Notes: generated by a model from the letters alone, not told the origin. Positions 10,458-20,915 are shown, counted from the first letter of the stretch. The stretch: 57,411 nucleotides of DNA from Bacilli bacterium (GCA_024695405.1 JAILIF010000030.1:1-57411); one strand, 5' to 3'. Program-made: numbers and translations.

Positions 10458-11429
10458 ATGTTTAATTGGGGTTTTATTGGAAGCGGAACAATTTGTAAAA
10501 ATGTAAGTAAACAACTTCTTAAAAACAAAAAACACAAGATTTCTTGTGTTTGGTCTCGCACGTACGAGCACGCAAATGCATTCGCGAAAAGTATAAGCGC
10601 GAAAACTTATAAAACAATCAATGAGCTTCTAAATGATAAAACACTTGATGCGATTTATATAGGCACTCCACACTCATCTCATTTTAAATATGCAAAAATG
10701 GCTCTCGAGAGAGGAATTCCTGTTCTTCTTGAAAAAGCATTCACGCTTTCTTATGAGAACACTTTAAAGCTACTAGAAATAGCAAAAAAGAATAACACAT
10801 ACATTTGTGAAGCTATGTGGACTTGGTTTTCACCTGTTGCTTTAACTGTTAAAGAATGGTTTTCAGCTAACAAAATCGGAAAACCATTAACAATGAGATC
10901 AAATTTCTGTGTACCCACTTTCTTTAGAAAGAAGGAAAGAATATTTAATAAATTATATGGTGGAGGTTCTTTATTAGATTTAGGAATATATCCTATTGCG
11001 TATGCATATAATTTATTTGGTTATCCTGATGATATAAAAGCGTCCGCTAAAATGAAAAATGGAGTAGATTTAGACTGTAAAATCACCCTTACATATAATT
11101 CAGGACTAATTTGTGAATTACGTTCAAGCATAAATAGACTTGGAAGCTGTTCCACAACTATTATTGGAGAAAACGGAAAAATAAAAGTTCCTGCTCCAAT
11201 GCACTGCTCTAGAAAAGCTTTCCTCAAAGGAAAAGAAAACATTAAATACCACGACTCTTATCCTTTTGGATTATATGAAAACGAATTTAATCTTGTTGAA
11301 GAAGAAATCAAGCAAGAAAAAAAGGAATCGAGTTACGTTCCTTTTAGTTCTACTCTCAATGTCATGAAGATCATTGAAGAGATTAAGAAGCAAATTGGCT
11401 TATCATACGATGAAGCCAATTCACTATAA
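10458..11429 (+). CDS. Gfo/Idh/MocA family oxidoreductase
   Basis: WGFIGSGTI, YIGTPHSSH, VLLEKAF, GGGSLLDLGIYP. Confidence 0.92.
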   Translation: MFNWGFIGSGTICKNVSKQLLKNKKHKISCVWSRTYEHANAFAKSISAKTYKTINELLNDKTLDAIYIGTPHSSHFKYAKMALERGIPVLLEKAFTLSYENTLKLLEIAKKNNTYICEAMWTWFSPVALTVKEWFSANKIGKPLTMRSNFCVPTFFRKKERIFNKLYGGGSLLDLGIYPIAYAYNLFGYPDDIKASAKMKNGVDLDCKITLTYNSGLICELRSSINRLGSCSTTIIGENGKIKVPAPMHCSRKAFLKGKENIKYHDSYPFGLYENEFNLVEEEIKQEKKESSYVPFSSTLNVMKIIEEIKKQIGLSYDEANSL

Positions 11430-11430
11430 T

Positions 11431-11766
11431 TTACTTTTTAGAGTTTTCAAGAAGCTCAGTAATACGGGCTTCTTTTTTATACCCTTCGTCAAGAACAAAT
11501 CTTAATTCAGGGCATCTTCTTGTATCTAATCTTGAGGCTAATTTACTACGGATAAATCCTTTAGATTTTTCCAATACTTTCATTCCTTCTAATTCTTGGT
11601 CTTCGATAATAAAACTTACATAAACAGTTGCATAAGAAATATCTGCGCTTACTTTAACTTCTGGAATTGTTACAAATCCTAAATGAGGATTCTTTAATTC
11701 GATTTGAATAATTTCAGCAACACCTTTTCTGATAATGCCTGCTATTCTTTCTTGTTTGTTTGCCAT
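11431..11766 (-). CDS. rbfA: Ribosome-binding factor A
   Basis: KNPHLGFVTIPEVKVSADISYATVY, GFIRSKL, PELRFVLD; follows infB. Confidence 0.95.
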   Translation of the reverse strand: MANKQERIAGIIRKGVAEIIQIELKNPHLGFVTIPEVKVSADISYATVYVSFIIEDQELEGMKVLEKSKGFIRSKLASRLDTRRCPELRFVLDEGYKKEARITELLENSKK

Positions 11767-13595
11767 TATTCGTCCTTATTTACCATTTCGTAGAATTCGA
11801 TAATATCGTTGACCTTTTCATCATTGAAGTTTTCGATTGTCATACCACATTCGAAACCTGCTTTGACTTCTTTAGCTTGATCTTTACCTCTTTGTAATGA
11901 AGCTAATTTACCTTCATAAATAACAACGCCATCTCTCATGATTCTACATAATGAGTTGTTTTTAACAACTCCATCAGTAATCATACATCCTGCGATTGTT
12001 CCAATTTTAGATACTTTGAATAATTGTCTAACTTCAGCTTGACCAAGAATAGATTCTGTTAATTCTGCTGGAGTCATACCTTTCATTGCTGCTTGAATTT
12101 CTTCAATCAAAGCATAAATGATTTTGTGCAATCTGATTTCAACTTTTTCTTCTTCAGCTTTAGCACGTGTTCTTGCATCTGGACGTACATTGAATCCATA
12201 GATGATTGCGTTACTAGCATTAGCTAATAAAACATCTGATTCAGTGATAGCGCCTGAAGTTGCACGAACAATATTAATTTTAATCTTATCTGTAGAAAGC
12301 TTTTCTAAAGATGCTTTAACAGCTTCTGCAGAACCAGTAGAGTCCGCTTTAACAATAATGTTAAAGTTGATAACTTCTCCAGTATTTGCAAGTAAGTCTT
12401 CTAACTTAGCACCACCAGATTTTGCCTTTTCAGCTTCATCTTTTGCAAGTTTACGCTTCATCGCGATTTCTTTAGCTTCAGCTTCAGTTGGGAAAGCCAT
12501 GAAACGATCACCTGCCAATGGTGTTTCACTTAAACCAATAACGCTAACTGGTGTACTTGGAGTAGCAACACTAACCACTGCTTTATATTCGTTAGTCATT
12601 CTACGTGCTTTACCATACGAAGTACCTACAACTAAGTAGTCACCTTCTCTTAAAGAACCATTTTGAACTAATAAAGTTGCTTTAGGCCCTTCATTTTTAT
12701 CAAGGACTGCCTCTAAGACAGTACCCATTGCAAATCTGTCTGGATTTGCTTTAAGTTCTTTCATTTCTGCAACTAAGACGATGCTTTCAAGCAATGCATC
12801 GATACCTTTTTTCTGCTTTGCAGAAATTTCAACGCAGATAACATCTCCACCATATTCTTCAGCGACTAATTCATGAGCCATTAATTCGTTTTTGACTCTC
12901 GAAGGATCTGCACCTGCTTTATCTACTTTATTAATTGCAACAATAATTGGTACTCCTGCAGCTTTTGCGTGGTCAATAGCTTCAATTGTTTGAGGCATAA
13001 CACCGTCATCTGCAGCGACAACTAAGACAACAATATCAGTAACACTAGCGCCTCTAGCTCTCATTGCAGTGAAAGCTTCGTGGCCTGGAGTATCGATAAA
13101 TGTTACTTTTTGTCCATTTACTTCTTTTTGATAAGCACCAATTTCTTGTGAAATTCCACCAGCCTCGGAATCAACTAAGTTGGAATTTCTAATTGCGTCA
13201 ATTAAAGTTGTTTTACCATGGTCAACGTGTCCCATGACTGTAACAACTGGTGGGCGAGGTTTTAACTTAGAAGGATCGTCTTTGATTTCGACATCTTCGA
13301 AGTTTTCCGCCGCAACAATAACTTTTTTCTCGAAATCGTAACCGAATTCAAGACAAATAGTTCCGATTAATTCATCATCTAGAACTGTATTGATAGTAAT
13401 CATCTTTCCTTGCATAAAAAGGAATTTAATGATGTCACCAACAGGAATTTCTAAAGTTTTAGATAATTCCCCAACAGTAATAGCGCCAGTATAAGTAAAA
13501 ACTCCACCGTTAACTTTAGTTCTTACTTTGTCAGCCTTAACTTTAGTAGAGACGTTTGTTTCTCTATCAAAGTTTTTATTGTTATTCTTTCCCAT
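11766..13595 (-). CDS. infB: Translation initiation factor IF-2 (short N-terminus)
   Basis: [34 protein letters not shown]. Confidence 0.98.
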   Translation of the reverse strand: MGKNNNKNFDRETNVSTKVKADKVRTKVNGGVFTYTGAITVGELSKTLEIPVGDIIKFLFMQGKMITINTVLDDELIGTICLEFGYDFEKKVIVAAENFEDVEIKDDPSKLKPRPPVVTVMGHVDHGKTTLIDAIRNSNLVDSEAGGISQEIGAYQKEVNGQKVTFIDTPGHEAFTAMRARGASVTDIVVLVVAADDGVMPQTIEAIDHAKAAGVPIIVAINKVDKAGADPSRVKNELMAHELVAEEYGGDVICVEISAKQKKGIDALLESIVLVAEMKELKANPDRFAMGTVLEAVLDKNEGPKATLLVQNGSLREGDYLVVGTSYGKARRMTNEYKAVVSVATPSTPVSVIGLSETPLAGDRFMAFPTEAEAKEIAMKRKLAKDEAEKAKSGGAKLEDLLANTGEVINFNIIVKADSTGSAEAVKASLEKLSTDKIKINIVRATSGAITESDVLLANASNAIIYGFNVRPDARTRAKAEEEKVEIRLHKIIYALIEEIQAAMKGMTPAELTESILGQAEVRQLFKVSKIGTIAGCMITDGVVKNNSLCRIMRDGVVIYEGKLASLQRGKDQAKEVKAGFECGMTIENFNDEKVNDIIEFYEMVNKDE

Positions 13596-13637
13596 ATTGG
13601 CACCTCCTATTTAACAATTTTTGAAAATGATTATCTA

Positions 13638-15338
13638 TTAGCGGTTATCCTCATCGTAGTAATCATCATATTCATCGTAATCGACATCATCTTCATCTTC
13701 GTAATCATCTTCAGATTCTTCTGCGTCGAGTTCTGCGAGTTCTTCTTCTGTATAAATAGACATTCTTTCAGCGGAAGATGTATCAGTAACACCTTTCTTG
13801 TCATCTTTATCTTCAGATTCTTCTTTCTTTTTGTTGAATTTCTTCTTTGAAGAAGTTTTCTTATTGTTATCTTCGGACTCAAGGGAAGCTTCTAAATCTG
13901 CTAATGAAGTTGTTGTCTTAACAGTTGTTGTAGGAGCAACTGGAGTTTCTTCAACAGGTTTTTCTTCTGCTTTTGCAGCGACTGGAGCTTCTTCTTCAAC
14001 TGGAGCGACTACTTCTTCAGTTTCTTCAACTTCAGCTTCTAAAGCTTCATTTAAATCATCATTTACACTATCGTCATAAACTCTATCTTGTGGAGCGACA
14101 TATCCTTCTGGTAATCCAGGGAGAACAGTTGTATTAACTTTGATGTCATTTCTTGCAGCGGTTGCAGCAGCCATTTCAGCAGCTTTTTGTGCAGCAAGTT
14201 CCATAACGAGTTTGTTCTTAGCTTCAAGTTCAGCAGCTTGAAGTTCTTCGATTGTTTGATATGATAAGTTAGCTTCCATAGCTTCTGTTTCTAACTTGAT
14301 ATCAATGTGGTATCCAGTTAATTTAGCAGCTAATCTAACGTTAGCACCTTTACGGCCGATAGCGAGTGAGAATGAATCGTCTTTGACGATTGCAGTAGCA
14401 CTCTTTTCATCTGGATTAACAATAACGCCAGCGACACGTGCAGGTTTTAAAGCTTCAATAATGAATAAACCTGGGTTTTCGCTCCAAGCGATAACGTCAA
14501 TTTTTTCTTTTGCTTGGCCATTCCCTAAATGACCAACAACTTTTTGAATTTTAGTACCATTAGGGCCAATACAAGCACCTGCAGGATCGATATTTGGATC
14601 AGGAGAATAAACAGCAATTTTACTTCTTTCGCCAGCTTCACGCGCAATACCTTTAACGATAACAGAACCATTATAAATATCTGGAACTTCTTCGTTCAAA
14701 ATGCATCTTAGGAAGCCTTCGTTGGATCTAGAAACAACAATGTGAGCACCTTTAGTTCCACTAGCAACGTCGCTAATGTAAACCTTAATTTGGTCACCAA
14801 CATTGAATTTTTCTTCACCAATCAATTGGCTATGAGGCAAGTAGACTGAAGTACGAACTAAGTTAACAGTAACACCTTTTTCATCGACTTTTTCGACTTT
14901 ACCAGTGATAATTGTGCCAATTTTATCCTTGAATGCTTCATAAAGAATGCCCTTTTCTGCTTCAGCAAACTTTTGATGCATGATTGATTTAATTGACATA
15001 GCTGTTGCTTTTCTTAAATCATCAATACTTGCTTCAATGAAGTATTCATCGCCATCTTTATATTGTGGTTTCTTCTTTCCTTCATTTGCGTCTTCTGTTG
15101 CGATTTCTAAGAAATCGTCTTGAACATCATCTCTGACAATTTTAACTTGCCACATTTCGATAATGCCTTTGTCTGCATCGATGTTAACTCTAACATCTGC
15201 ATCATCACCACCGAGTTGTTTACGGTAGCCTTTGATAAGTGCTTCCTCTAGGGCAGCAAGCACTGTCTCTCTTGTAATTCCTTTGCCAGCTTCAATTTCT
15301 TCTAAAGCAGCATTGAATTGCGTTGCGTCAATAGTCAT
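13638..15338 (-). CDS. nusA: Transcription elongation factor NusA with long acidic C-terminal tail
   Basis: AREAGERSKIAV, GACIG, SLAIGRKGANVRLAAKLTG. Confidence 0.96.
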   Translation of the reverse strand: MTIDATQFNAALEEIEAGKGITRETVLAALEEALIKGYRKQLGGDDADVRVNIDADKGIIEMWQVKIVRDDVQDDFLEIATEDANEGKKKPQYKDGDEYFIEASIDDLRKATAMSIKSIMHQKFAEAEKGILYEAFKDKIGTIITGKVEKVDEKGVTVNLVRTSVYLPHSQLIGEEKFNVGDQIKVYISDVASGTKGAHIVVSRSNEGFLRCILNEEVPDIYNGSVIVKGIAREAGERSKIAVYSPDPNIDPAGACIGPNGTKIQKVVGHLGNGQAKEKIDVIAWSENPGLFIIEALKPARVAGVIVNPDEKSATAIVKDDSFSLAIGRKGANVRLAAKLTGYHIDIKLETEAMEANLSYQTIEELQAAELEAKNKLVMELAAQKAAEMAAATAARNDIKVNTTVLPGLPEGYVAPQDRVYDDSVNDDLNEALEAEVEETEEVVAPVEEEAPVAAKAEEKPVEETPVAPTTTVKTTTSLADLEASLESEDNNKKTSSKKKFNKKKEESEDKDDKKGVTDTSSAERMSIYTEEELAELDAEESEDDYEDEDDVDYDEYDDYYDEDNR

Positions 15339-15351
15339 AACTATTTACTCC

Positions 15352-15810
15352 TTAAAATTTAATTGCTAAGCGTATTTTTAAGATGTTAGTTTTCACAACT
15401 TCAACATCTTTGCTTCTTGTTTTAATTCTCTTAGTTATTAAGATTGAATCACTATTTACTTCTTTTAAAGTGCCTTCAAAAATATTTTCTCCATCAATTG
15501 GATTATTAACGTGTACATTAACATAACTATCAACGTACTTATCTAATTCATCCACTTTCAATGGCTTTTCAGCACCCAAAGAAGAAATATCAAGGTTATA
15601 TGCAGTATCAAATGGGTCTACTTCATCTAAATATGTATTAAGTACATTTGTTACTTCAACAATGTCTTCCATATTAATTGGAGCGACTCTATCGACTACA
15701 ATACTTACTTGCAAAGAGCCATTATTTCTGGATACGTTTAAACTAACAAGATCATAATTGATACTAGCTAATTTGTTTGAGACGAGTTCAGATAATTGTT
15801 TTTCTTCCAT
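15352..15810 (-). CDS. rimP: Ribosome maturation factor RimP
   Basis: YNLDISSLGAEKPL motif; first gene of the nusA-infB operon. Confidence 0.92.
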   Translation of the reverse strand: MEEKQLSELVSNKLASINYDLVSLNVSRNNGSLQVSIVVDRVAPINMEDIVEVTNVLNTYLDEVDPFDTAYNLDISSLGAEKPLKVDELDKYVDSYVNVHVNNPIDGENIFEGTLKEVNSDSILITKRIKTRSKDVEVVKTNILKIRLAIKF

Positions 15811-15819
15811 AATTCTCCC

Positions 15820-15918
15820 TTAAAAACAAAGAGTGGCCATTTCGGTCACTCTTGTTCAGAGTATTGTACTTTCTTTCGAAAGCACCATTATCATAATTGA
15901 ATATTTACAATTTGTAAA
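15820..15918 (-). promoter_or_regulatory. rimP operon promoter and leader hairpin (attenuator-like)
   Basis: TTTACA-N17-TATGAT on the minus strand; hairpin AAGAGTGACC-GAAAT-GGCCACTCTT (15829-15853) with T-rich tail just before the SD, resembling the widespread GAGUG...CACUC rimP leader. Confidence 0.65.
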
Positions 15919-15953
15919 CAACAATTTGAAATAATTTCAATAACGCTTTCTAA

Positions 15954-16934
15954 TCACTCTTTTTTTTCGTTTTCAGCATTGTTATTTTGATTGGATTCTT
16001 CCTCTTTAACTTCTTGCTGTTTATTTTCTTCTATTGGAATATCATCTTGAGCGTTTTCGTTAACTGAAGCTTTTGCTTGATTATTTACATTAGCGGGGGC
16101 TTCTACGTTTTCTTCTATTGGTTGAGGCTCCACTACAGTTTCTTCAACAACAGTTTCGTTTTTCTTTGATTTACGTGATTTTTTTATTTCGATTTTTTCT
16201 TCTTTGTTTTTGTTTTTTCTAATCAAAGCAGCATCTGCAACATAAAGCTTTCCTTTAATAAATAAAACATTAATCCAATATTGTGCAATCCAACAAATAA
16301 GCAATATGATCCAAAGGATATATTGTAAAGGACAAGTCTTAGCAATATATATATCACCATCGCCAAGAACCTCTTTAGCAATATATTTTGTGCAAAAATT
16401 TGTGATAAACGAACTAATAACAAATAATGTCAAAACAAAGAACGCAACCACTGTTAATCTTCTTGAAATATATGGATATGTTCCAGTTGCTAATCTAATG
16501 ATTCCTTCAACGAAAATAAATAACGCTAAAATGCATAAAGTAATGTATCCAAACGCAAGGATATAATCAAACACATCAGAAATAGAATTTTGAGTATACC
16601 AACCCACCGCTGCGTTTCCAATATTGGTAGCCTCTTTAAAAGAGCTCAGGTAATTAAACAAGTCAGAATTATATTTACTAGATGCGAAAAAATGGGTTCC
16701 TTTAGCAAAAGATTCTAAGAAATTAATTTTTAAAAAACTGTTAGCAAGAACATTATGAGCATAGTCAATAGCGTTAGCTTGCATTACCACGCCATTAATC
16801 GTAGCTCCTATAATAGGGAATAAAGTTAAGCAAAATAAAATCATTAAACCTAAAAATACACAAATAGATCCACTTAAAATACTTCCCAATGAACGTTTTG
16901 GATAAATTTTAATACCGTTAACTTTACTTACCAT
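15954..16934 (-). CDS. Hypothetical multi-pass membrane protein with charged low-complexity tail
   Basis: About 4 hydrophobic segments; E/N/K-rich C-terminus. Confidence 0.7.
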   Translation of the reverse strand: MVSKVNGIKIYPKRSLGSILSGSICVFLGLMILFCLTLFPIIGATINGVVMQANAIDYAHNVLANSFLKINFLESFAKGTHFFASSKYNSDLFNYLSSFKEATNIGNAAVGWYTQNSISDVFDYILAFGYITLCILALFIFVEGIIRLATGTYPYISRRLTVVAFFVLTLFVISSFITNFCTKYIAKEVLGDGDIYIAKTCPLQYILWIILLICWIAQYWINVLFIKGKLYVADAALIRKNKNKEEKIEIKKSRKSKKNETVVEETVVEPQPIEENVEAPANVNNQAKASVNENAQDDIPIEENKQQEVKEEESNQNNNAENEKKE

Positions 16935-16955
16935 ACGAAATTATTATATACGATA

Positions 16956-17645
16956 TTAGTCCTTGTTTGTTCTTAACTTTTTTAATTTCTTTCTTTTTAA
17001 AGAAGATAAAATGAATAAAGCAATTGAACAAGCGATAATCGATACACCTATTACTATTGCACAAACCATAAAAAAGCTCTCTGGTAAAATCAAAATTATG
17101 TGATTAATTTCAGGATCAATGAAGTAATCTAACTTACCAGGAAACAGTATTCTATGAAAATAATCAAAAGCTATATCAAAATTAATAGCGGCAAAAATGC
17201 CGATTGTCAAAGGTACTACAATAATACACCATGCAGCAACTGAATATGTTTTAGGATAAATAATAAAACTTTTTTTCTTCTTTTCGATTATTTTTAAAAC
17301 AATGATTCCGATTAAACCAATAAGTAAAAACGCAAAATCTATAGTGAATAAAGTTCTACAATCCCTAAAATGTGGAATATCACTTTCTGAGTATAAGAGC
17401 TTACCCGCTGAAAAAGGAGCGTAAAAACAACAATAATTCAAAACTTCATTGTAGCCTTCAACGACGTCATCGAAAGTATAATTTAAACCTGTATATTCAT
17501 TAAGACTTTCCACTATTCCCATTGGCTTTATACAAAGAGTATGAATAAATCTACAAAATATTGGTAAAGCAATAGAAAAACTAATTACAAAAATAAACGC
17601 AAATAAACCAAATAAAATGTTTAAAAACACATTTCGTATTTTCAT
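16956..17645 (-). CDS. TIGR01906/DUF1461-like integral membrane protein
   Basis: HFRDCRTLF, FDIAFDYFHRILFPG, LILPESFF motifs. Confidence 0.75.
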   Translation of the reverse strand: MKIRNVFLNILFGLFAFIFVISFSIALPIFCRFIHTLCIKPMGIVESLNEYTGLNYTFDDVVEGYNEVLNYCCFYAPFSAGKLLYSESDIPHFRDCRTLFTIDFAFLLIGLIGIIVLKIIEKKKKSFIIYPKTYSVAAWCIIVVPLTIGIFAAINFDIAFDYFHRILFPGKLDYFIDPEINHIILILPESFFMVCAIVIGVSIIACSIALFILSSLKRKKLKKLRTNKD

Positions 17646-17660
17646 AAAAGCACCAAATTA

Positions 17661-18455
17661 TTAAACACTCTTTTTAAGAGCTTCTGCTTTCCAAAACTGC
17701 GATATTTCTTCGTTTTTTAATGTGCCAATGCCTTTTTCGTAATACTCAGCAAGTCGATTCATCGCACCTGAAGAGCCTTTCTTTGCGGCTTTTAACAATA
17801 ATGATAGAGATTTTGAATTATCTTGATCCACAACTTTTCCGCTTCTATAAAGATCTGCTAAAAGAACAAGACATTTAGGATTATTGTTAAATGAGCCTTT
17901 TTTAAGCAAATCAATAGCTAATTTAGGATTACATTTTTCAAAATTATTATCTAGAAGAAGTAAGCTTCTTAAATATAAAACATCAGCATTATCGCTATTA
18001 CACTTGCGTAAAATAGACATGCATTTATTTAAATCTTTATCACAGCCACAGCCAATTCTATACATATTCGCTAACAAAAATAATGACTTATCATAATTTT
18101 GAACAGCGGATTCGTATGCAAAATTAAATGCCTTCTTTTCATCTTTTTCTACTCCGACACCGTTCATATAACATACTGCAACATTGTATTGAGATATGTA
18201 ATCTCCACACTTTGCAGATTTTAAGTAATACTCAAAAGCCTTTTCTTTATTTACGTCTACCCCTAGACCTTTTTCAAAGAAATACCCAATTTTTCTTAAG
18301 TATGTAGGCTTATCTGTATTGATAATTCTGGTTAGATAAGAAAAAGCCCTAACATAGTTACCTTTATCTTGATAATGACTGGCAAGCATGAATATGGCAT
18401 CTTCATTATTTAATAATGCTAATTTTTGATACTTTATTAAATCAATCTCATCCAT
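17661..18455 (-). CDS. Sel1-repeat protein
   Basis: Repeated YxxGxGVxxDxxKA motifs. Confidence 0.9.
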   Translation of the reverse strand: MDEIDLIKYQKLALLNNEDAIFMLASHYQDKGNYVRAFSYLTRIINTDKPTYLRKIGYFFEKGLGVDVNKEKAFEYYLKSAKCGDYISQYNVAVCYMNGVGVEKDEKKAFNFAYESAVQNYDKSLFLLANMYRIGCGCDKDLNKCMSILRKCNSDNADVLYLRSLLLLDNNFEKCNPKLAIDLLKKGSFNNNPKCLVLLADLYRSGKVVDQDNSKSLSLLLKAAKKGSSGAMNRLAEYYEKGIGTLKNEEISQFWKAEALKKSV

Positions 18456-18522
18456 GCGTATAGAATAGCATATTTTTATAAAATATTGACATACAGAATA
18501 TTGAAGTTTAAATTAATTTTCT

Positions 18523-19149
18523 ATGATAATTGTTGAAGTAATTCTACTCGGCATAGCTCTTAGCATGGATGCGTTTGCTGTAAGTGTATCATGTGGACTG
18601 ACTTATGTAGATTTGAATAAAAAGAAATGTTTTTTTATTGCTTTTGTATTCGGTTTAATGCAAGCATTAATGCCATTAATTGGGTACTGGATTGTTGAGT
18701 TAATAACTATTCTTGTAGATGAAGCTTCTGGAGCAGCCGTTGGGCAAATTGCCTCTACTATTGTTTCGTGTATTGCGTTTTCTCTTCTTATTTTCTTAGG
18801 AATCAAAATGATTATCGAAGCAGTTAAGGAAATGAAGAAAAGTGAAGAAGAGAAAGAACCAAAGAAATATTCTTTTAAAGAGGTCATGTATTTTGGTATT
18901 GCTACTAGCATTGATGCATTAGGTGCCGGAGTTGCTTTACATGCGGGTTTATCCAATAACGTTAGTATATGGTTACACGTCACCATCATTATGGTTTGTA
19001 CATTCACAATTTCCTTAATTGGAATCATTCTTGCAAAACAAGTTACAAAGCTATTAAAAGGTAAATTTGAGATAACAGGAATTATAGGTGGATGTATCTT
19101 AATTCTACTAGGAATTTGGATACTCTTGAGTCACTTTCTAGGATTATAA
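18523..19149 (+). CDS. mntP: Manganese efflux pump MntP family
   Basis: IALSMDAFAVS, FGLMQALMPLIG, ATSIDAL, GGCILILLG. Confidence 0.88.
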   Translation: MIIVEVILLGIALSMDAFAVSVSCGLTYVDLNKKKCFFIAFVFGLMQALMPLIGYWIVELITILVDEASGAAVGQIASTIVSCIAFSLLIFLGIKMIIEAVKEMKKSEEEKEPKKYSFKEVMYFGIATSIDALGAGVALHAGLSNNVSIWLHVTIIMVCTFTISLIGIILAKQVTKLLKGKFEITGIIGGCILILLGIWILLSHFLGL

Positions 19150-19186
19150 AAAACCAAGCATTTGAAATAACGCTTGGTATTTTTTT
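19150..19186 (+). terminator. Probable bidirectional terminator between convergent mntP and HAD genes
   Basis: ACCAAGC...GCTTGGT inverted repeat with flanking A and T runs. Confidence 0.6.
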
Positions 19187-19213
19187 AGTATTTATTACAA
19201 AGTAAGCATTGAA

Positions 19214-19849
19214 TTATTTCAATAGTTCCTCAATAGAATTTATTCTTGTATACTTTTCGTTTGAGTACTCATTATGTCTATCTAGAAGCACTCCATCAAT
19301 TCCTGCATTTTTGGCTGCTAAAATGTCATTAACAGCGTCTCCTACGTAGACAACTTCATCAAGGGAAAATTTCTCTTTTATCTTATCTAATGCTACAAGA
19401 ATCGGTGTTGGATCTGGCTTAGTTTCTTTAACGGTTTCGTTACCAACTATCACATCAAATAATCCAAAATCCATATCAAACATTTTCAAAACATCTTTAA
19501 CGTGTTTTTCATTATTAGACGTCACTATGCCTAATATAGCCACACTCATCTTTAAATCAATAATTGTGTCATACGTATCTTCATATATTGAAATGCGTTT
19601 GTTAGATTCTTTGGAATTAACTAGTTCAGTTATCAAATTTAAAAATGGTTCAATATCTTCTTCTCTATAAGAAGGGACAATTTTTCTATATGTTTCTGGA
19701 ATAGGAACTCTTGTGTAATGAAGAACATCATCTTCGTTAAGTTGTACTCCCTTTTTTAGAAAAGCTTCTTTAAAAACATATGTACTGCTGTCAAGAGTAT
19801 CAAATAAAGTGCCATCAAAATCAAATAGATATACTTTGTATTGTTTCAT
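19214..19849 (-). CDS. HAD-superfamily phosphatase (PGPase/PpaX-like)
   Basis: FDFDGTL, IVTSN, KPDP, YVGDAVNDI. Confidence 0.9.
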   Translation of the reverse strand: MKQYKVYLFDFDGTLFDTLDSSTYVFKEAFLKKGVQLNEDDVLHYTRVPIPETYRKIVPSYREEDIEPFLNLITELVNSKESNKRISIYEDTYDTIIDLKMSVAILGIVTSNNEKHVKDVLKMFDMDFGLFDVIVGNETVKETKPDPTPILVALDKIKEKFSLDEVVYVGDAVNDILAAKNAGIDGVLLDRHNEYSNEKYTRINSIEELLK

Positions 19850-20340
19850 TAATCCACCACTAATTCGTATGCGTTTCTAAGTCCGCCTTCAACAGGACTT
19901 ATAATACCACAATATTGAAAACCATTCTTTAGAATAGTTCTAATCATGGATTTATTACAGGAATGTGTATCGATTCGTATATTGAGTTTATTCTTAGTTA
20001 TTTCTGAAACAATATAAGAAAAAATATCTTTTTCTCTTTGAGAAGAAGCTAATCTATGAATTGTTCCATATGGTCTATCTGTTTTCCATGCACCATCAAT
20101 TTCTAGATAAGTTCTATCAACGCCGATAATATAAGCAAATGTCGCTAATATTCCTTTTTCATCATCTTCAACAATATAAGATTGTCCTAATTCTATATCA
20201 GAGATAATTATTTCTTTGCTAGGCCAATTGTCATGCCATTGATTAGGATTACCATGACTGGCCATATATTTCCTAGCGTTATCAAAAATAATAAGCATTT
20301 CTGGCAAATCATTCATTGTAGATTTTCTAATTCTTTTCAT
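19849..20340 (-). CDS. GNAT-family N-acetyltransferase
   Basis: GNPNQW, YGTIHRLAS, IRIDTHSCNKSM, GFQYCGII. Confidence 0.85.
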   Translation of the reverse strand: MKRIRKSTMNDLPEMLIIFDNARKYMASHGNPNQWHDNWPSKEIIISDIELGQSYIVEDDEKGILATFAYIIGVDRTYLEIDGAWKTDRPYGTIHRLASSQREKDIFSYIVSEITKNKLNIRIDTHSCNKSMIRTILKNGFQYCGIISPVEGGLRNAYELVVD

Positions 20341-20794
20341 ATCGAATATATTATTATATTTTAAATTTTCCTAAAAGAAATAAGCATTTAATATTACGCC
20401 TTATTGCTTTATATATTCATTCATTCTTTGTGTTAATTTTTGAAATGTACATTAATCGCCATAAAATGAACGATTAATCGATTTTGTACACTACCAAAAT
20501 CTATCTTTTTTAATGCCTAACTCAGACAAGAAAATAACTTATAATTCTATAGACAAAATTGTCTCATTTTTTTGCCTAATTTTTTAAAGAGTTAAACGGC
20601 ATCATTTCTTCAAATGTTTTAATCAAAAAAGAATAGAATTTTTCATTGTATATTTCATAGTAAGAAAAGCCAGAAAATGCCGAGAGTAAAAGCAATATTG
20701 TTTCCATTAAACTTTTGATAAAACATAATCCAAACATTAGAGAATATTTCCGCTAGAAGTAGGAGCAGTTTTAAGCTGTTTTTTTAATAAAAAG

Positions 20795-20915
20795 TTTTCC
20801 ACACACATTATGGCTGTGCAAAAAAATCACTTTCCACTTTTTTACGCTGTGGAGAAAATGAAAAAAGTTATCCACATAACATTACTTTAGTAAAAACTAC
20901 TAATTTTATACTATC
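20795..20915. promoter_or_regulatory. DnaA-box cluster
   Basis: TTTTCCACA 20795-20803 (+), TTTTGCACA 20815-20823 (-), CTTTCCACT 20830-20838 (+, weak), TTCTCCACA 20848-20856 (-), perfect TTATCCACA 20868-20876 (+), followed by an AT-rich tract. Confidence 0.7.

Noticed and set aside
20795-20915. Calling the DnaA-box cluster the canonical oriC
   Set aside because: No dnaA, dnaN or rpmH adjacent and no switch in gene orientation; kept only as an orphan cluster.
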